Virus record (IMG/VR): IMGVR_UViG_3300032268_001078
Span: 32,001-96,000 of that record
Reading direction: 5' to 3' (one strand)
DNA: 64,000 bases
From: a virus
The notes beneath the pieces are model-generated. The model worked only from the letters and a program-made list of their open reading frames with translations, was not told where the DNA came from and did no database searches. The position numbers were made by a program, and so were the translations under genes. Shown here one piece after another: positions 1 to 9,943 of this stretch (positions within the stretch are counted from its first letter, which is position 1; each line of letters starts with the position of its first letter).

Positions 1-141
1 TTTGTCTTTGAACCATTCATCTACTTTTGTTTGATTTGTTAAATCTACTACATCACGAGTTAACTTAACTGTGTTGTATGGTAATTGTTTACAAATTGTT
101 GAACCAATATAACCATTTGCTCCTGTAACTAGAATTTTCAT
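1..141 (-). CDS. NAD-dependent epimerase/dehydratase (GDP-fucose synthase-like), 5' part; runs off window start
   Basis: ATG at 141 reads MKILVTGANGYIGSTIC..., a Rossmann GxxGxxG motif; open to position 1; absent from the ORF track. Confidence 0.75.
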   Translation of the reverse strand, partial: MKILVTGANGYIGSTICKQLPYNTVKLTRDVVDLTNQTKVDEWFKDK

Positions 142-142
142 A

Positions 143-679
143 TTATTTTTCTTTTGCGAAATCTCCAAACTCAACTAAAATTGTACTTCTACCATCTGTT
201 CTATTCAATGCTTTTTCATAAGCAGGAACAATGTCTTCTGGTTTGTGAAGTTCAATTACTTCTATTGTTTTACACATAGATCTAAAAGCATCACTAAAAT
301 TTCCTTTATGTTGATCTTGGGGATCTACTGGTCTTTCACTACCTACTGCTACTCTAATGATTACTTTAGGAGTACATCTTCCATCAGACATTAATGGATA
401 TTTATCTAAGTGATTTACTATTTGATCAGTTCCCATCAATAAAAAATTCCAACGTGGAATCACAGATACAGGAATCCAACCTTGAATAGCTAATCCATTT
501 ACTACTCCACTTTGTAGATACTCAGCTACAGGAAATTCCATTCTTTTTTCTGATGGGATATGTTCCAATGTATCATATAATCCCGTTCCAGCAAATTCAA
601 CGGCTTGACCTATAAAGATAACCTTTTCGTTTTCAGCTAAAAGAGACATTGCTCTTTGTAATTCTTCAAAATATTTCAT
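143..679 (-). CDS. Transketolase C-terminal / pyruvate dehydrogenase E1 beta-like subunit
   Basis: EFPVAE..QSG..NGLA and D.QH motifs of the TK pyrimidine-binding domain; paired with the adjacent alpha-like gene. Confidence 0.8.
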   Translation of the reverse strand: MKYFEELQRAMSLLAENEKVIFIGQAVEFAGTGLYDTLEHIPSEKRMEFPVAEYLQSGVVNGLAIQGWIPVSVIPRWNFLLMGTDQIVNHLDKYPLMSDGRCTPKVIIRVAVGSERPVDPQDQHKGNFSDAFRSMCKTIEVIELHKPEDIVPAYEKALNRTDGRSTILVEFGDFAKEK

Positions 680-683
680 AAAA

Positions 684-1337
684 TTAAAATTGAACTCTCA
701 TACCAGCACCTGCGTGAGGGTATTTTGTGTTTTTATATTGGTAATACATTAAATTAGGTTGAGTGTAAATTTCTTTATTTTCCATTTTTTGTTTCCACAT
801 TTCTTTATCATCTATAAAATATGGAATTGTTCTTTTCCAAATATCATTAGTAGGTGTTAATACTGATAACTCATTACTTTCTACTACAAATGTTATTGGT
901 AATTCACTATTTCTAGCATACTTATATGCTTCATGGAAATGACCCGTTTCAGCAGACATATCACCGACAAAACACCAAACGTGATTATTAGTACCTGCTA
1001 ATTTTTCACCTAAAGCTAATCCTGTAGCTATAGATGGAATACCACCAACAATTGAACTACAAATAAATTTATACTCAGGCATCGTTTGTACCATAGATTT
1101 ACCTTTAAGAATTTCAGCTTCTAAAATATCTGCTGGAATGCCTTTTAATAAGGCTTGGTAATGATTTCTCCACGTGCAACAAATCCAATCATTTGTATTA
1201 TCTACTTGTTCAAAGATTTCTATCATCTTTTCTTCATTATTATGATAAAGATGAATAGGTGCTTTGATGTGTTTTTGATTGAATAATTCACCAATTCTGG
1301 TTTCAAATTCTATTAGTTGTTCTTTATTCATTACCAT
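684..1337 (-). CDS. TPP-dependent dehydrogenase E1 alpha-like subunit
   Basis: TWRNHY, SSIVGG and TPP-binding GD..AETG.FHEA...(N) motifs. Confidence 0.8.
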   Translation of the reverse strand: MVMNKEQLIEFETRIGELFNQKHIKAPIHLYHNNEEKMIEIFEQVDNTNDWICCTWRNHYQALLKGIPADILEAEILKGKSMVQTMPEYKFICSSIVGGIPSIATGLALGEKLAGTNNHVWCFVGDMSAETGHFHEAYKYARNSELPITFVVESNELSVLTPTNDIWKRTIPYFIDDKEMWKQKMENKEIYTQPNLMYYQYKNTKYPHAGAGMRVQF

Positions 1338-2281
1338 ATAAATCTATTTCTGTAGTATTCTACTATATTTGGAAGTGCATCATCAAAATTCATTTGTGGT
1401 TTCCATCCTAATGCTCTTAATTTATTATCATTTAAAGCATAACGAACATCTTGACCAGGTCTAGAATAAGATAAATCTAAATACTTTTCAAAATTTTCTT
1501 CTTTCGTATATAATGTAATAATTTTTTTTACAGTAGCCAAATTTGATTGTTCAAACCCTCCACAAATGTTGTAAATTTCATTTTTTACTCCTGCTTCAAT
1601 AATTATAATAACAGCTTGAGCAGTATCATAAGCGTGTAACCAGTTTCTAACTGGAGTTCCATTATTGTGAAGTGGAATTTGTCTTCCTAATTCTAAATAT
1701 TTTAATGTTTTAGGAATTAATTTTTCTACATATTGACCACTCCCATAATTATTAGTTGGTCTAATAATGATATATGGTAAATTATAAGTACGACCCCAAG
1801 CAGTAATCAATTGATCTGCTGCTGCTTTTGTTGCGGAGTATGGATTACTTGGTTTTAATAAATCAGTTTCAATGTGTTCACCTTCATTAATGTCTCCATA
1901 TACTTCATCAGTACTAAAGTGTAATAATACTGGTACGTGTTGACCTTCTTGTCTGTGGTTGCGAATTAATTCTAATAAGTTGTGAACACCATTAATATTT
2001 GAATGAATAAAGTCATCACTTCCTACAATACTGTTTCCAACGTGAGTTTCAGCAGCTGTGTTGATAACATAATCACAATCATACAAAAAATCAATATCAT
2101 AAATATCTTTTTCTTCAAAAATGAAATTGTTATAACCTAAAAATTCATCTAATAAATCTTTATTAGCAGCATAAGTCATTTTATCAATTCCTCTAACTTG
2201 CCAACCTTTCTTTAAACACTCTCGTGTTACATAGGATCCAATAAATCCTAAACAACCTGTTATATATACTACTTTTGTCAT
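1331..2281 (-). CDS. rfbB: dTDP-glucose 4,6-dehydratase
   Basis: TGCLGFIG, AAETHV, STDEVYG, PYSATKAA, NNYG, RNWLH motifs. Confidence 0.88.
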   Translation of the reverse strand: MTKVVYITGCLGFIGSYVTRECLKKGWQVRGIDKMTYAANKDLLDEFLGYNNFIFEEKDIYDIDFLYDCDYVINTAAETHVGNSIVGSDDFIHSNINGVHNLLELIRNHRQEGQHVPVLLHFSTDEVYGDINEGEHIETDLLKPSNPYSATKAAADQLITAWGRTYNLPYIIIRPTNNYGSGQYVEKLIPKTLKYLELGRQIPLHNNGTPVRNWLHAYDTAQAVIIIIEAGVKNEIYNICGGFEQSNLATVKKIITLYTKEENFEKYLDLSYSRPGQDVRYALNDNKLRALGWKPQMNFDDALPNIVEYYRNRFIW

Positions 2282-2284
2282 ATT

Positions 2285-2953
2285 CTATTTATATAAATTT
2301 TCATCATAACTTACAGCGGTTAAAAAATCATCATATACATTAAATACACTTTTATATTTTGATTCATTATTTGATCCTATCCAAAATTCACATTTGTGTC
2401 TCACATCATAAATTACAGGTAACATTTGTGGATCTTGTAATGTATTAATATGACTAGCTCTAGCCCACCAGAAATTATTAGAATAGTGTCTCACTGGATT
2501 GTAAATAAGTTCTGCTCCACATACATCAAATTCTTCTAACCATTTTAAACTGTCTTTGTATTTAGTAATATTCCAATATGATTGATATTTTCTAATATCC
2601 TCAATATATTTAAATTCTTTAACATATTTACTACTACTTGAACCTTTAGTATGTAAATATAAAATATTATCGTTTGGATTATTTTTACAATGTTCTATTA
2701 TTTTATATAAAGTTGGAAATTCCCACTGATATATATCTTCACCATTATAATTTAATTTACCTTTAGGTACATCAAATTTTATATTAGGGTCTCCAATTAA
2801 TTCTAGATTAATTTGATCAACATCTTCATATAATTTAGAATCAAGTATATTTTTAGAAATTTCATCAATTATAGATTGACATCTATCTTCATTAGGGGTA
2901 CCAAATTTATCTATAATTAAATTACCCGCGTGTATAAATACTACATTTCCCAT
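2285..2953 (-). CDS. Hypothetical protein, putative glycosyltransferase-like
   Basis: YLHTKG and HYSNNFWWA motifs seen in viral glyco-island proteins; context. Confidence 0.4.
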   Translation of the reverse strand: MGNVVFIHAGNLIIDKFGTPNEDRCQSIIDEISKNILDSKLYEDVDQINLELIGDPNIKFDVPKGKLNYNGEDIYQWEFPTLYKIIEHCKNNPNDNILYLHTKGSSSSKYVKEFKYIEDIRKYQSYWNITKYKDSLKWLEEFDVCGAELIYNPVRHYSNNFWWARASHINTLQDPQMLPVIYDVRHKCEFWIGSNNESKYKSVFNVYDDFLTAVSYDENLYK

Positions 2954-2954
2954 A

Positions 2955-3803
2955 TTAATTGTTTTTATAATAATTTACTAATTTTTTAACAGCGTCTTCA
3001 GCACTGTATTTATTTTGGAATCCATATGATTTCAATTTAGTTATGTCTAGCCACGAATGTTCTACCTGAACTACATTGTGAAAATGAGGAGGATCCATTT
3101 TGGTTATGATTGATGTTGAATTAGATTCTTTTACAGCTAATTCTATCGCATCTATCAAAGCAGTTGGAGTACCAGTTCCAATATTAATGATTTCATTTGT
3201 TGGAGCTTTATCAATACAATGGATTATTGCATCACATACATCATCTACATAAATGTAATCACGTTTAGCAGTTCCACCATTATACAATAACAATTCTTCT
3301 CCTTCAACTGATTGTTTTAGTAAAAATTGCATAGCATTTTTCTTTCTAGATATTTTATTATCACCTTCTCCAATAACATTAGCTAATCTAAATATTCTGT
3401 ATTTAATTCCAAATGTTTCACAGTAACTGATTAACATTTGTTCAGCACAACGTTTTGTAATACTATAGAATCCTGTTGGGTTACAGTGAGTTGTGTCTTC
3501 ACTAAATGGTACATTTTCATTTTTACCATAAACAAACCAACTACTAACAAAGTTAAATACTAAATTAGGATCATTTTTATCTATGTTTTTTAATACATCC
3601 ATCAATACATTTAAATTAGTATTAATATCAATATGTAAATTATTATGTATATTATAATTATCTACTGTACTAATAAAATACAGTATATTATTTGATTTAG
3701 GGATATAATCATCCCTATCAATTTTGATAATTTGATCTTGATTCATTTCACAAAATCTACTACCTATAAAACCTGTTCCTCCAAAAATTGATATTTTATT
3801 CAT
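2955..3803 (-). CDS. NAD-dependent epimerase/dehydratase
   Basis: GGTGFIG, SSWFVYG, YxxxK (YSITK), RDYIYVDD. Confidence 0.85.
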   Translation of the reverse strand: MNKISIFGGTGFIGSRFCEMNQDQIIKIDRDDYIPKSNNILYFISTVDNYNIHNNLHIDINTNLNVLMDVLKNIDKNDPNLVFNFVSSWFVYGKNENVPFSEDTTHCNPTGFYSITKRCAEQMLISYCETFGIKYRIFRLANVIGEGDNKISRKKNAMQFLLKQSVEGEELLLYNGGTAKRDYIYVDDVCDAIIHCIDKAPTNEIINIGTGTPTALIDAIELAVKESNSTSIITKMDPPHFHNVVQVEHSWLDITKLKSYGFQNKYSAEDAVKKLVNYYKNN

Positions 3804-4468
3804 TATATTGTTTTTAATAATTTTATTTTATCTTTAAATTGTTGTCCTTCTCCTTGGAATATCCAAGCGTCTCCTTTACCATGAAAACCAAAACAATTAT
3901 CTAAGTTGTATTCACATTCTGGTATTTTTGATTCTAATGAAAAATTCATAGCTACATCTACTGGTGCGTATTTACATCCATTTGATATAAAATAATCATA
4001 GTGAGTATTAGTTACATATATATCATCATGTTGATTATTAATAGGTAAGTTTAAAGCTAAATCTAAAAACTTTTTACTTTTAAGTACAAATCCACCATTT
4101 CCTACTCTATTATTAGGACACCAAGTTGCTTCTAATGGCCATGGTGCCCCAATATAATCATATTCAAACCACTCATCATCCCATAAATGTGGATTAATAA
4201 TAAATCCATCATCGTGTATAGTAATACAATAGTCATTATTAACATATTTAACTAGTTCAAAAACCATAAAACTGTTAATACTATCGTGAGTTTGATTTCC
4301 TATATTATGAAATTCAATATGATCAGGACAATTATCTGGTTTATAGTGTGCTAATAATTTAATACTACCAAACTCAATGTCTTTAGAACTATACAACAAT
4401 GCTTTAACAGACTGTTCTGGATTAACACAATTAATTGATATTAAATCTATATTTTTTAATTGTTTCAT
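3803..4468 (-). CDS. DUF5672-like protein (glycosyltransferase-associated)
   Basis: HDDG, YDYIGAPW, VGNGGF, EDxY-like (DDIY), FGFHG motifs. Confidence 0.65.
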   Translation of the reverse strand: MKQLKNIDLISINCVNPEQSVKALLYSSKDIEFGSIKLLAHYKPDNCPDHIEFHNIGNQTHDSINSFMVFELVKYVNNDYCITIHDDGFIINPHLWDDEWFEYDYIGAPWPLEATWCPNNRVGNGGFVLKSKKFLDLALNLPINNQHDDIYVTNTHYDYFISNGCKYAPVDVAMNFSLESKIPECEYNLDNCFGFHGKGDAWIFQGEGQQFKDKIKLLKTI

Positions 4469-5436
4469 AGTTTGTTAAAAAAATTATTTATGTAGTAATC
4501 TTCAATATGTTTTTGATTTTCAGTACAACCATAAGCCATATGAATTCCATAACAGTTTCTAACATAAATTGGAGATTTATTTGTATTATTTGCTAACTTT
4601 GTTAATTGACCTTCATCCCAATGATCAAAAAATAGTGTTTGTGCTTCTTTATAAAATTCAGTTGTTGAAATAAATAAATTATTACAAACATAAGGAGTAG
4701 TGTATTTTTCTAAATAACAATTACTATTATTTAATACTAAATGTTTATTGTTTATCGCATGGTTAGCTATATACATATTATAATCATATGAAAATCTAGC
4801 TGGGTGGACACCTTTGACAATATCAAAATACCAAGGCAAATTTCTATTTTCAGTTGGATCAACCGAATTAACAAACTCCCAATATTTGTCTCCATCCCAA
4901 CTATCTAATTGATTAATATAATTAATAATTTTAGTGTAATTACAACCCCAAATATCTGGTGTTATATTATCTTTCATAAAGATATTATTTACAATTTCTT
5001 TTTCGCTTTTATTTAAGAAATCTTTAATAAATAATTCAACAGTTGGAATACCGTTAGATAATGTAGGTACTAAAATAGATACTGATGAGTCTTTTAATAC
5101 ATCAACATTTTCAATCATGTAATCCCACACATATCTATTTATAAAAACATCATCATCCCATTTACATAAATACTCAGAATCTAAATTTTTAGTAATTTCC
5201 ATTTTTTCTGAGTATTCGTCTGTTTTCAATGGTGCTAAAAATACTTCAATGTTTTTATTTGATACTTGTTTTAACATTTCAATCCATACATCTTCATTAG
5301 AATGATGAATACATGCTACTAAACGTACTTTAGATTTATTTTCTTCTTTTATATTAGAAAATTCATTTAAAGCTGCTTTTACTAAAGATAGTCTATATTG
5401 ATTTGTTGAACTATTAAATAGATTGATTTGTATCAT
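4465..5436 (-). CDS. Hypothetical protein, GT-A fold-like
   Basis: KWDDDVF DxD-type motif; glyco-island context; 4-nt ATGA coupling. Confidence 0.45.
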   Translation of the reverse strand: MIQINLFNSSTNQYRLSLVKAALNEFSNIKEENKSKVRLVACIHHSNEDVWIEMLKQVSNKNIEVFLAPLKTDEYSEKMEITKNLDSEYLCKWDDDVFINRYVWDYMIENVDVLKDSSVSILVPTLSNGIPTVELFIKDFLNKSEKEIVNNIFMKDNITPDIWGCNYTKIINYINQLDSWDGDKYWEFVNSVDPTENRNLPWYFDIVKGVHPARFSYDYNMYIANHAINNKHLVLNNSNCYLEKYTTPYVCNNLFISTTEFYKEAQTLFFDHWDEGQLTKLANNTNKSPIYVRNCYGIHMAYGCTENQKHIEDYYINNFFNKL

Positions 5437-6212
5437 AGGTATGAGTATGGTAAATTTAAATTTAATGCTCGTACAAAATAATTAACATTAGATCCTGTGC
5501 AACAAAGTAACATATCAACTTTAGATAATAAATACGCTTCAATTATAACATCTTCTCCAATATAATATTTACTACATTGATATGAATTTTGATAATGTAA
5601 TGGAGATTCTGAAGTACTTCTAAATGTTACATCATATTCTATAACTTTGTCTCCATATGCTTGTTTGATACAATCAACACGATATTGTTCATCCGACGCA
5701 ATAAAGATATAATCATAATCATTGACATATTTTGAAATTTGTTCAATATAATATGACATATTTTTTTTATCTGGATGATCTGTGCCACGAGCATGAATTC
5801 CTAATATTTTTTTATCTTTAAAATATTGTTTGTGAAAATTATCAATCTTTTCTGTTACATGTGGTAATAGTTGTACATGTTGTTTAATAATCTCATGATA
5901 TTCTATTCTTCGTTGTTCGTATAATTCTGGTGTTAGATATATATCTCTGAATTCACTCCATTCATCATATAATAATCCAACTTCTGATAATATTTCAGTT
6001 GGCATTTTATTAATATGAGGTTGTTCAAAATAATAATCCCACACATTTTCGATACCTTGTTGAAGATACATTTCTTCATCGAAATAACAAGATTCTCTAC
6101 CAAAATATACATAATATTTATCGTTGGGAAAATGGTACATTGCTCTAATTGTTTGCCATATAAATGCAAACATTCCAGAATTAGGTTGGGTTGGGTGTAA
6201 ATATCTATACAT
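5433..6212 (-). CDS. NodZ/O-fucosyltransferase-like glycosyltransferase
   Basis: LGIHARGTD, IFIASDE, EAYLLSK.D.L...SN motifs of alpha-1,2/1,6/O-fucosyltransferases. Confidence 0.7.
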   Translation of the reverse strand: MYRYLHPTQPNSGMFAFIWQTIRAMYHFPNDKYYVYFGRESCYFDEEMYLQQGIENVWDYYFEQPHINKMPTEILSEVGLLYDEWSEFRDIYLTPELYEQRRIEYHEIIKQHVQLLPHVTEKIDNFHKQYFKDKKILGIHARGTDHPDKKNMSYYIEQISKYVNDYDYIFIASDEQYRVDCIKQAYGDKVIEYDVTFRSTSESPLHYQNSYQCSKYYIGEDVIIEAYLLSKVDMLLCCTGSNVNYFVRALNLNLPYSYL

Positions 6213-7860
6213 TGTTATTAAAAATTAAATCTTTTAAAAATTTGTTAAATAATATATCATTATTATAATAATAATCTTTAGCTTTGCCAAAATTACTTTT
6301 AATAAATTCTAAACGAGAGTTATAGTCTTCCTCAGTTAAATTATCTAATATATTAACTAATTCTTCACTTGTATTGAAAATAATAAAACCTCGTGTATCA
6401 AAGAATTCTATTATATTTTGACAACCTTTATAAATTGGTACCGTACCGGTTAAAAAACAATCTAAGATTTTTTCTGTAAAGTAATTATCGTATATACCAT
6501 TTTCAATTGCTACTGAAAATCTATAGTCTTTTAAACCTTCAATTTTACCTTTAATTTCACGAATGCCAACTCCATAAAAATCAACATTATCATAGTTTTT
6601 ACTATGAACAGCATTAGCACATTCTAATCTAACTCTGTGTCCTTCAGTCATTACTTTATTAGATGTAATAAATGAAACTTGTTTGGATTTAGTGTAGATT
6701 TGTTGTAATGAATCATCTTGCAAAATTGGATATTCTTGCTTATGTATGTTTTTATTAAGTACTACTTCATATCCTCCATTTCTAAACACAGCATTTGGTA
6801 ATTTCAATAGTTCTGGGTCAAATGTAAGTATTCTATCAAATTTAGTATAATTATCTTTAACAGCTTTATAAACTTCATTTTGACTTAATAAATGTGGTGC
6901 TTCGTGAATATCAGCTATTATTTTACCTCGTTTGATTGGAATTTCACCATTAATAAATCTTATAATGTCCATATCTTGAATTAAGGTAATATCAAATTCG
7001 CCATCTAATTGATTGTAAACATATGAAAATTCTTTAGGAATACTATTACGTTCTCTAAAGTCTCCAATTACATTTACTTGAGGTAATTTTTCACCACTTA
7101 AACCTTCTTTATAGTGTTTACGATTTCTAACTTCTTCCTCAAATTTAGAATTGTCAACATGTTCACGTTCTTGTGTTCTAGTAGCGTTTTTAGGTGCTTG
7201 GTTGTAAATACAAGTTGGAAAATCAACTGCTCCTACTTTATTTTTAGGACACATTTCTAAATAAGGATACTGAAATGCTAAATCAACAGCGTGCCAATAT
7301 AATTTATTATCTAATTTTGATATTAAATCATTTGTATCAAGTTTTTTAAATAAGAATGTTCTGTATGTTCTCATATGAGAAGCACGCCAAGTATCTTGTC
7401 TAAACAATTTATGTTCTAAAACAAAATCTGGATGTGGTGTACTTTGAGGGTAACCTAATGTTAGGTTATCAGTCCCATCATAGCAATAAAACTTACCATA
7501 TGTCATCCATACATCTTTTTCATTGTAATAATCATTTAAATTTTTTAAAACGTTGTTATCAAATAACCAATCGTCTCCATCTAAATGAACAATAATATCA
7601 TTGTCATTGTCTAAATACTCGTCTAATTCAAAAAAGTAGTTGTATGCTGCTCCTTTATTTTCAGTTCTATTGATTAATTTGAACTGTGGATTGTTTCCTA
7701 CAATACTTTCAACTTTACTGAATGTATTATCTGTTGAATTATCATTAATATATAATACTTCATAGTTAGTATATGTTTGATTTAATATACTAGCTAAGTT
7801 GTATTCTACAAATTCTTCATTATTATATGAAGGTGTAATTATTTTAAATTTGTTTTCCAT
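6205..7860 (-). CDS. GT2 glycosyltransferase fused to a GT10 (alpha-1,3-fucosyltransferase-like) domain
   Basis: N-term ITPSYN/NDNSTD/LDGDD; C-term YRFSVAIEN...YFTEKILDCFLTGTVPIYKG. Confidence 0.75.
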   Translation of the reverse strand: MENKFKIITPSYNNEEFVEYNLASILNQTYTNYEVLYINDNSTDNTFSKVESIVGNNPQFKLINRTENKGAAYNYFFELDEYLDNDNDIIVHLDGDDWLFDNNVLKNLNDYYNEKDVWMTYGKFYCYDGTDNLTLGYPQSTPHPDFVLEHKLFRQDTWRASHMRTYRTFLFKKLDTNDLISKLDNKLYWHAVDLAFQYPYLEMCPKNKVGAVDFPTCIYNQAPKNATRTQEREHVDNSKFEEEVRNRKHYKEGLSGEKLPQVNVIGDFRERNSIPKEFSYVYNQLDGEFDITLIQDMDIIRFINGEIPIKRGKIIADIHEAPHLLSQNEVYKAVKDNYTKFDRILTFDPELLKLPNAVFRNGGYEVVLNKNIHKQEYPILQDDSLQQIYTKSKQVSFITSNKVMTEGHRVRLECANAVHSKNYDNVDFYGVGIREIKGKIEGLKDYRFSVAIENGIYDNYFTEKILDCFLTGTVPIYKGCQNIIEFFDTRGFIIFNTSEELVNILDNLTEEDYNSRLEFIKSNFGKAKDYYYNNDILFNKFLKDLIFNNNV

Positions 7861-8798
7861 TTTTCTATATCGTAATATCTTCTATAATTTTCTTTTGCGT
7901 GTTCACTGCAAGTTTTATAAAATAACTCATCTGTTTTTAGTCTTTTTGCTAAGTACACAGCTTGTTCAACATCGTCTACATCTACAGACAAATAAGGATG
8001 ACATATTATTTGTGTATCAACTTTTTTATTACCTATACAAGGTATTCCAAAATATGCACAATTCAAACTAAATGTTCCTGCTGCTATTGTAGGCATTAAA
8101 TGAACTGCGTATTTAAATTCACTTAGTTGTTTCATCCAATCAGTCCACATAACTCTAGGTAAATGATGAATTATTTGTTCTTCTTGTTCACGTTGAGCAT
8201 GAGAACTAATAGTATAACAAATGTTATTAAATTCTTGAGCAACCATATAAGAAGACATTCCTCCATACCAACGACTAAAATTACCACCAATAATAGTTTT
8301 ATCTTGGGGTTTCCACTCAATTCCTTGAATAGGTTCTTCAATCATTAAAGTAGGTATTACAAATACTTTATCTGTGTAACCTTTCCAAAATTTAGTATCA
8401 TATTCATTATGAGCGTAAATTCCATCTGATTGTCTAATCATATTAATAAAGTTAATTTGATCAGCCATTTCATAGTTATGAAACCACCAAGTAGGACCTT
8501 CTTGAATTATAAATACTTCAGTATTATATTTTTTTAATACAGCGATAAAATTTGAAGTTAATAAATCAGAAACAGGATTTGAGTCATTAATTAATTTACT
8601 TCCAGCGGAATCTAAAAATACTCTACCTTTAGGAAAAATAACAAATACCTTGTCATATTGTAATACATGATTAGTATTTCTAATGTTGAAATGATCTGCA
8701 TCTAGTGCGTACATCCAAGCGAATTCAGTTCGCATATTATGGTGGTTTGAAGGTATTTTACCCTCAAACCCCATTTCTGTCAAAAATGCTATTTTCAT
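7839..8798 (-). CDS. Putative GT-B glycosyltransferase
   Basis: AAGTFSLNCAYFGIPCIG resembles the GT-B donor-binding end; context. Confidence 0.55.
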   Translation of the reverse strand: MKIAFLTEMGFEGKIPSNHHNMRTEFAWMYALDADHFNIRNTNHVLQYDKVFVIFPKGRVFLDSAGSKLINDSNPVSDLLTSNFIAVLKKYNTEVFIIQEGPTWWFHNYEMADQINFINMIRQSDGIYAHNEYDTKFWKGYTDKVFVIPTLMIEEPIQGIEWKPQDKTIIGGNFSRWYGGMSSYMVAQEFNNICYTISSHAQREQEEQIIHHLPRVMWTDWMKQLSEFKYAVHLMPTIAAGTFSLNCAYFGIPCIGNKKVDTQIICHPYLSVDVDDVEQAVYLAKRLKTDELFYKTCSEHAKENYRRYYDIEKWKTNLK

Positions 8799-9943
8799 TT
8801 ACTAAAGAATTCTTTGATTTTATCGCAAACGTAATCTACGTCTTCAATTGTCATTCCGTGATGTGCTCCTAATAAGAAACCATTTTTCATAATAGTATCG
8901 GAATTTTCGAATTCTTGTAAGTATTCCCTGTAAACAGGATGGCGAGTCACGTTACCGGCAAACGTTACACGGGTCTGCACATTGTTTTCTTCTAAGAAGT
9001 TTAATAATTCAAAACGACTTTCAGATTGTAGAGGAATTGCTAACCAATTTGGTTTAATTGAATCATCTGGTAATACAATATCACCTACACCTTGAAGATT
9101 TGTGATGTATCTTTCAGCATTAGCTCTTCTAATTCCTTCAAAGTCTTTAAATCTTTCTAATTGAACTAAACCAAATGCTGCATTCATTTCACTTGATTTA
9201 AAGTTGTAACCTAACACATCATATAAAAACTTATGATCGTATGGTATACCGTCAACTACATGATTAAAACGATCAGCCATGATTTCTGAATTATCACCCA
9301 TTCTTCCCCAATCTCTGAATTGTAAAATAATGTCTCTTAATTTAATATCATTTACCATCACCATTCCACCAGCTCCACCTGCTGTAATAACATGTGATGC
9401 ATAGAAACTAGTAGTTGCTATATCTGTCTCAGGTGTATTAGTCACTGTGTCAGCACTATCTTCAATAATAACGATATCTGCACGACCCATTGCTACTAAA
9501 CCTTCTTTCAATGCTTTCCAATCTGGTTTATTGCCAATCAAATTAGGAACCATAATTGCTTTTACTTCATCAGTAACTGCTGTTAACATATCTTCTACTT
9601 TAGCTACATAAGTATCTAATCCAACATCTACAAATACAGGTCTTAAACCTAATTGAATAATTGGTGCTAATGTAGTTGAAAATGTGCACGCTGGAGTAAT
9701 TACTTTAGTTCCTTTAGGTAATTTTAAACAAGCTAAAGCTAATAAACACGCAGATGAACCTGAGTTGACGAATACGCCATATTTTTTACCGAAGAATTTA
9801 GCTACTTTTTCTTCAAACTCGATTGACTTAGGTCCAAAACCAGCCAACCACCCTGAACGCAAACAGTCTACAACTGCTTGGATTTCTTCCTCACCATAAG
9901 ATTCAAACTTATTAGGAGCATACCAAACTTTTTTATTTGTCAT
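8795..9943 (-). CDS. DegT/DnrJ-family PLP enzyme, RfbH/DdhC-like 3-dehydrase
   Basis: NSGSSA, EDSAD, SFYASH (His at the PLP-Lys position), RDWGR, YDHK..GYN motifs. Confidence 0.8.
   Translation of the reverse strand: MTNKKVWYAPNKFESYGEEEIQAVVDCLRSGWLAGFGPKSIEFEEKVAKFFGKKYGVFVNSGSSACLLALACLKLPKGTKVITPACTFSTTLAPIIQLGLRPVFVDVGLDTYVAKVEDMLTAVTDEVKAIMVPNLIGNKPDWKALKEGLVAMGRADIVIIEDSADTVTNTPETDIATTSFYASHVITAGGAGGMVMVNDIKLRDIILQFRDWGRMGDNSEIMADRFNHVVDGIPYDHKFLYDVLGYNFKSSEMNAAFGLVQLERFKDFEGIRRANAERYITNLQGVGDIVLPDDSIKPNWLAIPLQSESRFELLNFLEENNVQTRVTFAGNVTRHPVYREYLQEFENSDTIMKNGFLLGAHHGMTIEDVDYVCDKIKEFFSK

Noticed and set aside
143-1337. Pyruvate dehydrogenase as an energy-metabolism auxiliary gene
   Set aside because: Subunits are truncated, no E2/E3, and embedded in a nucleotide-sugar operon
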